Shown one piece after another: positions 23,282 through 37,271 of a stretch of DNA of 64,000 bases; positions within the stretch are counted from its first letter, which is position 1, and the number at the start of each line of letters is the position of its first letter. A program made the translations under genes and the position numbers. The stretch lies in the NCBI RefSeq assembly GCF_964194025.1, contig NC_134468.1, positions 6,262,001-6,326,000 on the forward strand, in the 5' to 3' direction. The DNA comes from Convolutriloba macropyga. Taxonomy: Eukaryota. Below the pieces are notes generated by a model. That model saw only the letters and a program-made list of their open reading frames with translations, was not told where the DNA came from and searched no databases.

Positions 23282-26200
23282 ATACTGCAAATGCAAAAAG
23301 ACCAAAAAATTTAAAACGAAGCAAACTTAATTCATGCAGCTTTTCAAAATGCATTGCACTAAATATACTCCTTTTATAATAATTTAATGAAATTGACTGA
23401 CAATTGGGAGCACAGTCGAACAAGAAGGCTCAAATGAGGTGAAACCCAACCATTGGGGGATGGGTACAAAACCTTAAAGCACTAACAGTATTTACAGCAT
23501 CAACAAAACTTATTTTAACTTGCAGTGTGCTTCATTTGAAGATGTAGATGCGGTCACTTAGATGAAATTTAAATTGCAAAGACCTACAGGATCTTTTTCG
23601 AATGGTTTTGGTGAGCAACAGCCTTTCCTCCGTCAGACGATGTTCGTTTCAAATAAATTGATAACTACAAAAAGCGAGAATCTACGTATTTTGAAATACC
23701 AAAGTATATTCTTTCAACGTGGAAAAAATAAAACAAGTATGAGAATCTATGAGAATGTGTATGCTGGTGATTAGATAATCTTTGAATTTTCGATTAGATA
23801 AATCAACTAATCATACATGGGCACAAAAACCCTTTTGAATAGAACTTAATTTCGGTTCTCTCCGTTGACCTTCAACTAGTAATTCGGCCCAAGTGCGGTT
23901 ATTTATTGCAGCTTGTACAAAATAACATCTTGTAGATTTGTAGTTAGGAAAACTGAAGACCAACAATATTTTCATTTTTGGGTACCTCTGTATGAGCAAA
24001 TAATCATAAAACTTTCATTTTAAGTAATATCTCATCAAATGAGCCACATGTAGCCCCAATAAGAGCAGTCAACGTATTTAGAAAGTGAGGCCGTCCATCT
24101 GTTATGTGAGTGACATTCATTGTTATTCAGAAAAATGAACCAAAAGAAGCAGAAATTAAGAACTCATTTAGAGCTCCAGAAGTATTTCAAAAAACACAGT
24201 TTCTGAGGACGTGGAAGTAATTCGTTAGAAAACAAAAACAGAAAAATCACATGTACAAATGAATAGAATTTCTCTGTTCTCGGATAAACTTCATAGCATT
24301 ACGAAACAATAATGACATCGGTTTAGAAAAAACTAACGCAAACTGATAATGAAAATTAATAGAATAATTAATGGCTTACTGGCGGCTTTAAGGGAGCAAC
24401 TGGAAAACAATAACAAATAATTTAATGATTAAATGGATAATCGAAAATGGATTATCATTTTTATCGCCATTCGGTATAATCTCAACGCATCTATTTACTT
24501 TTTACGCATCACTTTAATTATGAAACTGCAACGAATTCACGGCAACGAATGCCTCCTTAAGCTGAAATTCAGTTGAAATCTATCAGCACTCGGATGGTAT
24601 AAAAATATGATTGAGAGCAAGTAAAAATCAAGTAGGTCCACAGAATACAGCTCCAGAATTGATTAATTTTTTCTTTCCCTAGCTTTCGCAACCACATTTG
24701 TTAAACAAAACCAGTATTTGAGGATCGCTTCAAAAGTTGTGAACAAATTTTTAATACCCTTGCTATCCAGTCATGTTTTATTGTCCCCAAATTTCTGGTT
24801 TGAAAACTATTTGCTATTAAAGCGCTTTGAAATTGAGTACTAGAAACTCAATAGGTATACATGATAACACAAACAATTAAGCAGATAAAAAACAGTTCAA
24901 GTTTTTCAATAGCTTACTTGTATTCTACTTACTTGCTTCAAAAAGAAACCTTATTATGATGCTTAGCCGCTTTTTCTATGGCGTGCATGTCCATTTATAG
25001 TTCGCTCCTGCAAGCCGCTTTTAGTTACCATAATTAAAAGCTCAAGATGCCATGTGCCACAAACCGATTTCAAACTCATCTCCAAATTATCTGGCCACAT
25101 ATTAGCTTACCTATTCTTGCTCAAATTGACAAAGCTTGTTTAAGACACATTTATAACGGGGCAAATAATTAGGGTTGCAGTTTGTGCATATGCATACTGT
25201 CGATCATATGTACTATATAATATAGAAAACTACACAGACAAATTGATTATTCCCAAATTCCACAAAATTTGTTAAGTAGTCGATTACTTAATTACTTTGA
25301 ATTCCTGAAAATTTCAACAGGTATTTAATGGTTTACAATTTGAAGTCGTAAACCGCGTCGTACAGTAGGACAATTTATCTGATTTACAGAATCATTTTTT
25401 GGATGGCATTGGAAATGAAGATCTTAAGAAGCTGTATTTAGTTGTAAAGGCTACAGAAAACTACATCCAGAAACTCATCAGAAAAAGGTCATAGAACAGC
25501 AGGTAAGTTCAATATTTGTCTAGATAAATTGGAAATGCGTTGCTGAAATCGATAAAAACAATATAGCTGACATGATAAAACAATATAGCCATAAGGGGAC
25601 AAAAACTGACCGACGATTATCGGACTATTTTGTCTCAGGCAAATGACAGGAGAGGAAGCTAGCTTAAACTTAGGGCAGTTGGCTTCCCTGGGTGAGGAGG
25701 CACATAAATTGAACGGGGTATAGAGGTAGGTAATCAAAAACAACAAAAGTTGCTCTAAAACAATGAAATTATACCTACAACTGTTTTTGAGCAGCGTAAA
25801 CTTAGAGACTATTGAAGCTCTATCCGGTCGGCGCAGCAACTTAATTACTGCACCTTTACCAGTATAGCAAGTTTCCGCACTAAGATATGATAAGTCAATT
25901 ACAAAAACCTTTCAGGCAAAAAATTCAGACGTGAAACAAACGCAGAATGTCGATAAATTAACGAAAGTAATTATCAGACAATGAGGCTCGATAGTTTCAG
26001 TTTACAAAATGTTCTCACTCCTTTCGTCTGTAAATATCTCATACCAGAAAGTTTTTTCAACCTTTGAATAATAAAGATTAAAACTCAATTTAAAGAATAA
26101 AAATGGAATTGTCTCTTTCGTAGATTCAAGAGTTATTTTAGGATACTTGGTTTGGCAAGCAAGGATATCTAAGATGGATTGCACAAACAATTAAATGTAT

Positions 26201-28956
26201 CCTTTCCTTATTTATCGTTTGGACACTAAGAATGTAAAGGCATTAAAAATGCTGCCGAACTTTAATTAAAGATACTGGTATGATATCAAGTTTTTGCTGA
26301 TATTTGTTGTCCTTGTTGATTAATCATTAATGCTGATTGATCCTGATTGTAAAATATACGGTCTGTAAAAATTGTCTCATGAATTCGCGATCTATCGCCT
26401 GGGTCAGCTGAACGAAGTTCGCAGTGGCTCGTTGTTTGTCCTTTCCATCTTTAAATAATGTTGTTTTGCCAATGTATCCAGTTTAGTAAGTATCAGATTA
26501 AGAAAAATTTCTTCCCGGACAAGTGATCACTATCATGCCCAAGAATCTAAGTATTGAACGTACAATACGTATATTGGTGTTGCAAGAAGTTATATTTGAC
26601 CAAAAAACTGAAAATGATATGGCAAAGATTTTTAAAAGTTGTTTTTATTGAAAGGCTGTTAATGAACTATTTATGGAGCACAAATGAAACAGGAGCACAA
26701 TTCTATAAGGAAAATTGACTTAAATCAGACATAACTGTAAATGCATACCACTCTGCTAAAATAACTAGTCCATTCTGACGCACAAATATCGCTCTCGTTA
26801 GTTTAATTCTGCCGGCAGCTAAGGGCAGCGCGTTTACAACAAAAGCACAAAATGATCTGAAAATCATCGGTTTACCAACTTTTTCTAAACAGATTTCTAA
26901 ATTATTAAAAACTTGGCTGAATTTTAGCCTGAACAGTCAAACGAAACAGCTCAGCAAACCTTTATAATTGCAAAAACAAAAAACCACGTCATGAATAACA
27001 AAAACATTTTTAGAAAAATATTAATATCTATATATTGGTCGCCCGAACAAGCAGCATAGGTACAAGTTCATTGTAAAGACAGTTGGTACAAAAACTTAAA
27101 AACCGTAATCAATTCGAGATTACATGATCAAACTTTGTTAAACTCCAAACTGATTAAATAATGACAAAAAACAATGAACCCAAAAAATCATGTTAAGTCC
27201 AAAAAAAAAACACTTGACGCAAAAATTATTTCATACAAAAAATATCCACCATGAATAGCAACCAAAATTCACAACAAGAAAAATCGCGTATCAGCAAAAT
27301 CAAGGCAGATCATCAAAAACGCGGCTCGTCAGTCAAAAATCAATGAGAGCATTTACCAATTAAAACCCATAATAAATAGAAATTTATCCAAAAAACGAAA
27401 ATAAAAATGATAGATTTTTTGTGAACAGTCGCGCTTTCTAACCTAATTTTGATGCATATGGAAACAGAAATATATTTATATCACCTGACGAAAGTAGATT
27501 TAGATCAGAATAAATTGAATTTTGCCTTATGTCTAAATCAACACACGCAGTGACTAGTGCAATTTATTTGGACATATCTGATGAAATATTTTCGTTTAGT
27601 CAAAAAGTATGCAAGCATATAATCAAGACGTTCTTTTAATCAAGAGCCACACAAAACATTCTTCCGTTGCATGAGCTGAGTTATGCATAATTTATCAACG
27701 AGTAGTACCGTAGAAATTTTGAACTAGTAGCGTTCTCTAAGACTTTCGAGTTCACTTTTAAATTTTGCTTTCCTTATTTTTTTCCTTGTTTAATGTTAAA
27801 CCTTTTGTGAAAAATTTGCTAAACAACTGTTCTTAAAATTAAGAACCGCATCCATTGAACTGTTGCTACTATACATGTTTGTTTGTCTCAAAATTAGTAT
27901 TAGTTGCCAAACAATATATAATTAATTTTTGTAAACCGTGTAACGTTCAAATTTGTTTAATTTTATCGCAAAGACTAAAGTGTGACAATGATCAACGAGG
28001 TTGTCCAATAACACCACAAACTAAACGTTGATTGTGTGGTCTGTTTGTTATATTACATTCTATTTACGTTGCACGTCTTTCATGCATAAAATTCAAGTTT
28101 TTACATAAAATAACCAAAAATATATACGAAGAAAACACGTATACAAATTTAAAATGAACAATTACAGCTTCAAACAAAAAACGCAAGAATCATACAAACA
28201 TTTTGTTGGACATTGCGAACCAGAATGTATTATAATTGTGATCGGAGTACTACAAGACAACGTTCAAAACAGAATGGTCAATCTACAGACCTGAAAAAAA
28301 AACAAAATAGAGACACCATTACAGTCTGCTAATCATCAGTTACCCTCGACTCTGACACCCAGCCAAGAATTTGTCGTTTAAATTTTCAATTATATATCGT
28401 TACACGTTCGAATTACCTCTAACTTTTGATTATGATTATCTTTATCTATCACTGTCAGAAGGTCATTTTAACAGAAGACCAGCCCAGCACCGACTAGTTG
28501 ATATATTACACGCAGGATCGGTTATGTACGTGTGCATATAATGTTCTGATCCCTCTAATCTATCAGTTTATACAAACGGATTATTTTGCAGTCAAAATTT
28601 GAATGTTTAAGGTTCCCAAATAACTCTAAACGAAAGTGAGAAATCTTCAAATCTTAATAGCAATATTCGGCTCAAAAAATTTAAAAAGATTCAAAAACAT
28701 TTCTATCAAAAATCCCAGAAAAATTGGAAAGCATAAGCAATTTGTAAAAAGAATACAACTTCATTTGACTCAATCAAAGTATATTTTCAATACTTGTTGC
28801 GACTCTAGTATTGCAACGGAACTTCTTTCGAAATTACTTACTATGTAAAATTACTTAAGTGTGCAAAACTATTTAATTCGTTATGGATTTTTTTCCAAAT
28901 TTTTGATATGAAAAAGGTCGGATAACCTCCAATTTTTTGTACAATATGGATTGACA

Positions 28957-31900
28957 TTCATTTATCATGCTGATGAAGATTTGGTAAGTAATAAATCAGA
29001 AGCGCCTCAGCTTTTACGTTGTCACTTCGCTTTCTAATTATTTCGACGATTCCTTAATCATTTAGAAATTCTGGCATTGATACGAAAAACACCTATTTTC
29101 ACCTGCTTTTTCAGCCAGCTCATCAAAAATTTTTCTTTTCTCAAGAAACATTTCGATAGTTTGTTTGATTCATTGGGCACGAGCGGTTTGACATCAATAA
29201 CTGAGTATAATGTTGAAAGCTGTAATTCTGTAAATTTATGTTATTATTTTTTGACGAGGCAAACAGTGGTTTTAAACTTTCCCACGCCACTGAGCCTCAA
29301 TTACAATTCTAAATTGAAAAAACTTGATTTGTGTTCGATAAAAATTGACCTGCTGAAAGTTTTCGGCATCGTATGTTTTTCCTCATCTGGGCTCTTTTTC
29401 CTTCTATATGTTCATTTACTTATGTTAATTCACGGGGATATTGAAAGAAACCCGGGGCCTTTGGAAACCTTAAGCAGTATACACACAAAATGTAAAAAAT
29501 GGCCCATGCAACTGAAAATTGTGCATGCTAACTGTCAAAGTATCCAGAGAAAACATCTACAGTTGAAAAGTTTACTCAATGACATTGGTCCAAATTGTAT
29601 TTATGGTTTAACAGAAACCTGGTTGACCAGTACTGATAGTAATAGTTTTCATAACCCTAATCCCTATCAGTTTGATATCCACAGATGTGATCGACAGGAT
29701 AAAAAAGGAGGAGGATTGTTATTATTAGAACCAAAATTTTGCAATTCGAAAATCAGGAATGACCTTAGCAACATGTCCAAAACTTTTGAAAGTCTATGGG
29801 TTGAATGCAAATTATCCTCTCACAAAAGTATCTTGATTAATATTTCTTACAATCCAAATAAGCAATTTTGTTCACAGTTTTTGGATGAATTGGCTTTATG
29901 CATTGATAAGGCTTCCACTGAAAATAAATCAATATGCCTAATAGGAGAAGTTAAAGCTTGAGAAGTTAAAGCTTGTTATTTTCAACGATTTAACAGTTCA
30001 TCACTTAGTATCAAACTAGATAAATATATACTGCCAATTAAACAATTGCTTGAACACAGAACAGCACTGTATGTCAATCAACTCTTGACATTTAAGAAGC
30101 CTGCCTTCCGGAGAATAACCGGACTTAGCTTGCCAACCTATAAGTTTTACAGACATTCCAGAACGAAAACTATTTTTCTTGGAGAGGTCAAAAACATCAT
30201 GGCTGGACAAAAGTATCATCCGAAGAGGCTTATCATTTAAAAATTGTCTTGAAAAAGCTTAAAAGGGATTGAGTCAAACAGGCGGGTTAAAAAAGTTTTT
30301 AAAAACTTTTTCCAACAATTTCAGAAGGACCCAATGGGAAACATTGTCGGCAATTTTTCTTGGAAAGCTTTTAAAATTAACTAACGCTTCATTTTTGAGT
30401 TTGTATTCTCACATGTGAGCTTAGAATTTGTTTCTTCTACCTAGAGAAGAAAATCTTTTATCTGTTACTTATAATTTATGTTATGTCTTAACACTGCCAT
30501 TTGTGTTAATTTTAGGCTCCTTGACCTATTTGTACTCATTTGGAAATTCAGTGTTTTTTTAAGAGTAAACCATTTTTGTTCTCACGTTTCCGAAAAACTT
30601 TCCTTACCCGGATTCCAGTCAATTAAATTTTTCTTTACTTAAAATTTAGTTTTAATTGAGTTTATAAGAGCTTTTCCTGCTGAGTTAGCATATAAAGATT
30701 TTGCTTCTGATTTTGTACTTGCTATATGATTGTAAAATTGTAAATTTTCTACTGTATTTTTGGGCTAAGTCTTGTGTTTTTCTAACATTGAAGTGTGTAC
30801 GCTATCCACGCCTGTGGGAATTCTCAGATCTCTTTTCTCAGATTATCAATTCCAAAAAATTTAGTTCTCGTTGTATAGTTATACTGTTTTTAGTTAAAAT
30901 ATTGCTAAAATGTGTCACCTTTGAAGCTGTAAAATTTTTGCTGAAAACAATTTTGAACGTTTTTTTCTGATCTGTCGAGACGTTGACCACAGATTTTAAA
31001 AATTCAGCTAAGTGTCGTCAATTAGCATGGCAAAATTCAAGTCAGGAGTTCTTCGTTGAACGGCTTATATTGTTTTGAACGATTTAAAAAAACTCTTTCG
31101 ACGAACACTCATCTTCTAAGTTGAAGAACACGGCAATTATTAGAATTAAAACAAAAAAGGCAAAAAATACAGTTGTCTGTTGACACCAGGTGAAAAATTT
31201 CCGCCATATACATGGCAAATGTTATCTTTTTATCAAGCTTTTTGGGGAGCATATCGCATTCCAACTTTAGTCAACAGATTTCTGAAAATCATAACGATTT
31301 CATATTTCGGATCGTTACAACGATCGTAAACATTTAATAAGATTTCATTTATCATGCTGATGAATATTTGGTAAGTAATAAATCAGAAGCGCATCAGCTT
31401 TTACGTTGTCACTTCGCTTTATAATTGTTTCGACGACTCCTTAATCAATTAGAAATTCTGGCATAGTTTCCGAAAACACCTATTTTCACCTGCTTTTTCA
31501 GCCAGCTCAACAAAGATTTTCTTTTCTCAAGAGTAAAACATTTTTTTTCTCACGTTTCCGAATAACTTTCCTGACCCGGATTCCAGTCAATTAAATTTTT
31601 CTTTACTTAAAATTTAGTTTTATTTGAGATTATAAGAGCTTTTCCTGCTGAGTTAGCCTATAAAGATTTTGCTTCTGATTTTGTACTTGCTATATGATTG
31701 TAAAATTGTAAATTTTCTACTGTATTTTTGGGCTAAGTCTTGTGTTTTTCTAACATTGAAGTGTGTACGCTCTCCACGCCTATGGGAATTCTCAGATCTC
31801 TTTTCTCAGATTATCAATTCCAAAAAATTTAGTTCTCGTTGTATAGTTATACTGTTTTTAGTTAAAATAATGCTAAAATGTGTCACCTTTGAAGCTGTAA

Positions 31901-32317
31901 AATTTTTGCTAAAAACAATTTTGAACGTTTTTTTCTGATCTGTCGAGACGTTGACCACAGTTTTTAAAAATTCAGCTAAGTGTCGTCAATTAGCATGGCA
32001 AAATTCAAGTCAGGAGTTCTTCGTTGAACGGCTTTTATTGTTTTGAACGATTTAAAAAAACTCTTTCGACGAACACTCATCTTCTAAGTTGAAGAACACG
32101 GCGATTATTAGAAGTAAAACAAAAAAGGCAAAAAATACAGTTGTCTGTTGACACCAAGTGAAAAATTTCCGCCATATACATGGCAAATGTTATCTTTTTA
32201 TCAAACTTTTTGTGGAGCATCTCGCATTCCAACTTTAGGCAACAGATTTCTGAAAATCATACAACGATTTTATATTTCGGATCACTATAACGATCATAAA
32301 TATTTAATAAGATTTCA
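28957..32317 (+). repeat. Tandem duplication of a ~970-bp unit; the first copy contains an extra 1.4-kb segment
   Basis: 28957-29146 plus 30565-31346 match 31347-32317. TTCA microhomology at the junction. The duplicated ORFs 30701 and 31669 come from this repeat. Confidence 0.9.
29147..30564 (+). mobile_element. Segment containing a LINE ORF2 5' fragment (2A-like motif and APE endonuclease)
   Basis: LLMLIHGDIERNPGP followed by IVHANCQSI...GLTETWL...RCDRQDKKGGG...FESLWVE...SICLIG (APE), which breaks off at ~29945 with a 15-bp tandem duplication. AAGA is present at both ends. Confidence 0.85.
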
Positions 32318-32916
32318 AAAAGATTTCGGTGATTTTTGGATGAATTTGAAAACCAATTCAAATTTGAACTTTCCACGAAAAATACTGTATATATTATTCC
32401 AAAAATAGATATTGAAAGAGTCTGCTCTAGTAAGCTAATATTTAAATAAATCATTTGGAACGCCAACTCTTATGAGAAAAAGTTTGAGCCGAAATTCATA
32501 TCGCTTTTAATATATGGTCAACGTTAGCGAGTAGAGGATATAAAAGAAATAGAAGTAAATTAAAAACACCTCCTCAACGCTGCGAGAAAATAGACAGGGC
32601 CTTGGTGCGCCTCTACTACAGAAAGATTTTGTATCTTAAACATTTATCAGTAAAATAAAATAACATGAAGAGAAATGAACAATAATGAAAAACGGAAAAT
32701 TGAGAGCAAAAATGAAAACAAAATAATAAACCAAATAATGCCGGAAGAATTGCTCGCTAAAAAGCAAATGAATATGAATTCGGCTTACAGCCTCCCTTCT
32801 TAGACAGCCACTCTTATTGAAGTTTCAACAACTTTCTGCCACCTTAGTGTCCTAGAGCCTCGGATGAGACGAGTCAGGAGCTCCTAAGAAGCGCAGAGCT
32901 CATTATTGTTCTCAGA

Positions 32917-33050
32917 NNNNNNNNNNNNNNNNNNNNNNNNNNNNNNNNNNNNNNNNNNNNNNNNNNNNNNNNNNNNNNNNNNNNNNNNNNNNNNNNNNNN
33001 NNNNNNNNNNNNNNNNNNNNNNNNNNNNNNNNNNNNNNNNNNNNNNNNNN
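32917..33050. other. Assembly gap (N run)
   Basis: 134 N bases. Confidence 1.
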
Positions 33051-34019
33051 AGAGCAGCTCGCGCTCAAAATGGATAAAAAAGATTCCACAATGTTCACAG
33101 AGGCAAAAAAAGCTGAAAACTAATCCACAACAGATCAAAACTTGATTCATTTTGATTCGAAAAATTTAAAATCTATGCTTCTATGAGTAAATTTGCAGAA
33201 AATTGAATTGCCCTTTAAATTTCAATTACCTTTTGCCAACTTAGCTAATTTCGCTGAGTCAGTAAAAAATTAAAAATTGAGTAATCTCAAACACTTTTGC
33301 AACCCGCTATGACTAAGAAAACAAACTATTAACTTGCTTTGAGCATGTAGTAAGAAAACATTTCTTGAGTATGCAGCCAGCCCCATAAGATGGATCGGAA
33401 TAACATTCACTCGACAGGATCAAACTTACTGCATTACGACAGAAAGGCGCGGATCTGTTTTCTTCGCCGATTTGCGCAACTTATATTTGAGAAATTATCT
33501 TTAACATTGATGGAATGTATAGCCTGTCACGCAGTGCTAGAGGTGCTGCAACTCATAACTAAAATCTATATAACCGTATTGAAAAATCAATAACTTTTGC
33601 ACCCAATGAAGTGAGTAAATTAGTTCCATTATTATAAGGTCTCTGATTAAGTAGAAATAGTCATTATCATTGTCAATTATTTGGTTTTAAGAGTGTCTGT
33701 GTAGCAATCAATTAAATAAGGACGCAGACGATCAAATAAAGACGGTCATTTTGTGCAGCTGAAAAGGAAACAGTTCAGATATCTCTAAGAGCAGTTAAAT
33801 ACTCAGTTTAGCAATTGACGGAATTGTTCACTTCCTTCGACAAGGTATAACTGACACTTTACACCATTTTATGCTTTATGCAAGTTTCAATTGCTATCCA
33901 CACCTCTTACTAAGGCTATACAAACCATCATTAAAGTTTAAAAAGCTCCCATTAGTTTGTTCACATTATTGAATAAAAAATTTTTGCGGGCGAAAGAGAA
34001 CAGATCCAAAGTAAAAGAT

Positions 34020-34230
34020 ATGGAAAGTGAAAATGACCCGGAAGATGTCCAGAATCGGCCCAGGCCCCTGCCCCCAATCAGCCAGAACTCCCTTTACTCA
34101 AACAAGCCCTACCCTCCCACACCCAGCACTATTCTGCCCAAACAGGTAGACCCGGATGCATTGCGACAAATCAACAAAGAACATTCAACCCGAATCAAGT
34201 CGGACCAAGACGATTCAGATGGCAATAAAG
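34020..34230 (+). CDS. DEG/ENaC gene B exon 1: Pro-rich cytoplasmic N-terminus
   Basis: ATG at 34020, MESENDPEDVQNRPRPLPPI...DGNK. AG|GTACGA donor is phase 1 and fits exon 2. GC-richer than the flanks. Confidence 0.7.
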
Positions 34231-35027
34231 GTACGATTTCATTCAGTTCTCATAATCCTAACAACAGGGAAAAACAAAAGGCAAAGACTCAATTGCGTGG
34301 GTACCATGGTGATTTGTGGGTACATGCCTGATCGTAATAAAACTTTCTGAGAATCAACTAAACTTAGAACTGATCTCAAACATCAGTTCCCCAACCAAGA
34401 TTTTTGTCAAAATCAGGTTTTACATTAAAAAAATAAACAAAAAGATAAGTGATATTTTGGATATGCCATGGAAATCGTAATAACTTATTTTCTGCCAACA
34501 AATCTTCCAAAAAATTGCACAATTTGCTCCCAAAATAAAAGTTAAATAGTTAAGCAGAGGGTTTACAACATCGTCAGCAGGCTTAAAGTTAAAAAAACAC
34601 AGCAACTGATGGCATTTAGAATTTATCCTACCAAGTTGCTGAGCAGCAAAAATGAGGAATTGAAGCGTTTTTTGCACGAAGATGGTCATTTAGTAAGCAC
34701 AACTAAGTTCAGATGTTTCAACTTTCTGAATGCACAAGAATCTTATATTTATATAAAACATTTTGATACATTTTTGCACAAATTTATCAAGTAAAATTGA
34801 ATGCAAGTAGAAAAATATTCAGTCCAATTTATCCACAAAAATTTTAAATATCATTAGCAAAAAAATTAAATAACGTTCTGGGATTATATACAAAGTGAAT
34901 CTGATTTTGAAATTTTTGAAGGTCTATCCCAACAGCCTCGACACTTAAAACAACATCTGGTGAAAACATTAGCTCACCATAAATTTTTTCTTTAGAAAAT
35001 TTGTTCCAGATTTTATGCATTTCGCAC

Positions 35028-35681
35028 GGGGGGGGGGGTATATTAGGCGAAAATTCAATTAGTAGGAGAAAGGTATTTTGGCAGCCAATAGGCAAAAATC
35101 CTGAACTAAAGTTTTGTGGAAACTAGGCGAACAGCAATTAAAACACTTGAAAGAGGTACTTCAAAATCCACTTGATGTTATAAAGTTGTCAAGTGTCCCT
35201 AGCAGTCAACTTTACAGACCAAAGAGTTGTTGAAATTATATGCAAAATGTATAATTGTTTTTAATGTTTTGCATCTCTTTTACTGTACTACTCAATGTCA
35301 TCGCGGCCAATGATCGTGTTTTTAAAAAAGTAAAAAAAAGGGAAGAAATGTTTAAAAAACCTATAAATAGCTTTAATATAAACAATTTAGAAATACTGGT
35401 TGAAAAACGCACGAAAAATGCTCTAAACTACATCTTGAAAACAATCAAAATTCGAAAACTAAATCCATTATTGATTACTTTCAATACTATTTTTCCGCTA
35501 AGTCTATAGTCACTTAATTACATTATATTAGCTAACGGATATTGCAGCACCTGCTTTAAACGTATCAATTGGTATTCGCCTAATTTCCATTAAACTATAT
35601 TTCAAAATTTTCGCCTAATGGCTACAAAAAGCCTTTCGCCTAATCGAGTTTTCGCCTAATATCATTTACACCCTACACCCT
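35028..35681. mobile_element. Mutator-like MITE with 9-bp target-site duplication
   Basis: ATTTCGCAC at 35019-35027 and 35682-35690; G-rich and C-rich ends; subterminal TTAGGCGAA / TTCGCCTAA repeats in inverted orientation. Confidence 0.8.
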
Positions 35682-36492
35682 ATTTCGCACAGCTTGTCAA
35701 TATTTTGTTTCAAATTGCAGACTATTTTTCAGTTCATGTTAGTTTCAGTTGTTGCAACTTGTGATGAAAGCCCTTTGTTAAGGAATATTTGATAAAGGGT
35801 TGCTCTTTATTTCTGTCTACAATTTTTCATTATTACTGAAACTGTTCAATTAGGAAAAATATACGCTTAACTAAACTTTTTTATCTAAACACTTTTGGAA
35901 ATTAAAAATGCGCTCTAAAACTTTTTGTTGGAAAATACAGTCTTTTCAAACGATCTATTCCAAACAACACTTTGGTCTCTATTTGTGTTTTAATCAACTT
36001 GTATTTAATAAACAATGGAATTTTCGTCAATCAACGTCAAACCAAATATACAGAAATGCGAATCATTTTTCCTCATTTGGGAGTTATCATATTTTTTTGA
36101 AATTTTGCTTGTTATAGGCTCATGCAATTTGGTTTACTTAATTGACAAGAAAACTAAATCAGCCAATTTCTACCTTATAAGGAATGAACAGATATTTAAA
36201 GTAGAGTACTGAAGAAAGAAAGATTTCTGAGGTCTAACACTTTCAAAGAGTAAAAAACAACCATTTTCATGTTTTCCAGTTATTCCAAGGTTTTGGAAGG
36301 TTGACTCATTTTTTAGACTATGACCCTGATTCTGATTTTTAGCCACAGGTTCCTGAAAGAAATTGAAAGGAAACAAATAAAACTTTTTGAAAGAATTTAG
36401 TCAAGGAGTCACTAAGTCTAAGATTTTTCACTTAATATTTCGCCGTCTTCAAAACCTAATGCCTGCTCAACACAAAAAATAGAGTTTTACAC

Positions 36493-36752
36493 CAGCTGAT
36501 GATCAGGACTTCCAGTAAACAATTCGCAAACATTTTTAGTGTAAAAAAATCAACATCTATTACAATTTTTTAGTCTTTTTTTACCCAAATTGTCCCAGTT
36601 GATACATTTAATGCTTCGATAACATTTTTCGTGACTGATTTTGCAGACACGACTGATTGAAATAAAAAGTAATTTCAGTCATAGAAATGAAAACGTTTCG
36701 TCTCGTTAAACATTTGTTCCGACAGACTTCGCAAAGTCCTGATCATCAGTTG
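36493..36752. mobile_element. Small MITE-like element with 19-bp terminal inverted repeats
   Basis: CAGCTGATGATCAGGACTT ... AAGTCCTGATCATCAGTTG (18/19 complementary). No clear TSD. Confidence 0.6.
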
Positions 36753-36873
36753 AGCGAAAATTTGCTTCAGAAAACTTTCATAAACGTCATTTCTTGAAAG
36801 TGATTTCCAAAATTTTATTTCTTAAATGCTGATTTCAGAAAATTCTACCGAAACGTACGATAGTAAAAATTTC

Positions 36874-37271
36874 GGTGTCCCGCTTTTTCACTCCTATCCA
36901 TTTAACCCCGATTTATTCACCCCTGTATCATTTAACCCCTCTGTCTTTTAACCCCTCTATCATTTCACCCCGATTTTAATCTTTCTATAAAGTAAGGATT
37001 ATTAAATTATAGCAATATAATCATTTGGACATGCCTCGCAGACCATGGCCATGCCTCAGCGGCCCGTGAGACTTGATATGAAACTATCACAACCGAACGT
37101 GGGATTAATTTATCCACTTAATTATGACAAAACATGCCTTTAATGCCGACTGCTAATTGGTGGAAATGATATAGGGGTTAAATGATAGGGGGTGAAATGA
37201 TAGAGGGGTTAAATGATGTGGTGTTAAAATATGCGGGGTTAAATGAATCGGGGTGAAAAGAAGTAGAACCC
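36874..37271. mobile_element. Foldback/MULE-like element whose TIRs are built from ~17-bp subrepeats (TATCATTTAACCCCTC)
   Basis: Arrays of TTTAACCCC on the left and GGGGTTAAA on the right; flanking direct repeat AAATTTC(G) at 36867 and 37272. Confidence 0.8.

Noticed and set aside
25400-26300. Possible ancient LINE RT relic (GDK...DYRTIL)
   Set aside because: Too decayed to support as a feature.
28965-29010. CTGATGA followed by a stem, as a hammerhead ribozyme
   Set aside because: The stem is followed by AGAAG rather than GAAA, and no stems I/III are evident.
30701-31938. Two near-identical 89-aa ORFs
   Set aside because: By-products of the 970-bp tandem duplication; low-complexity AT-rich translation with no recognisable domain.
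33845-34003. Possible 5' UTR intron of gene B (AAG|GTATAA ... AACAG)
   Set aside because: Plausible splice dinucleotides only; no coding constraint to support it.
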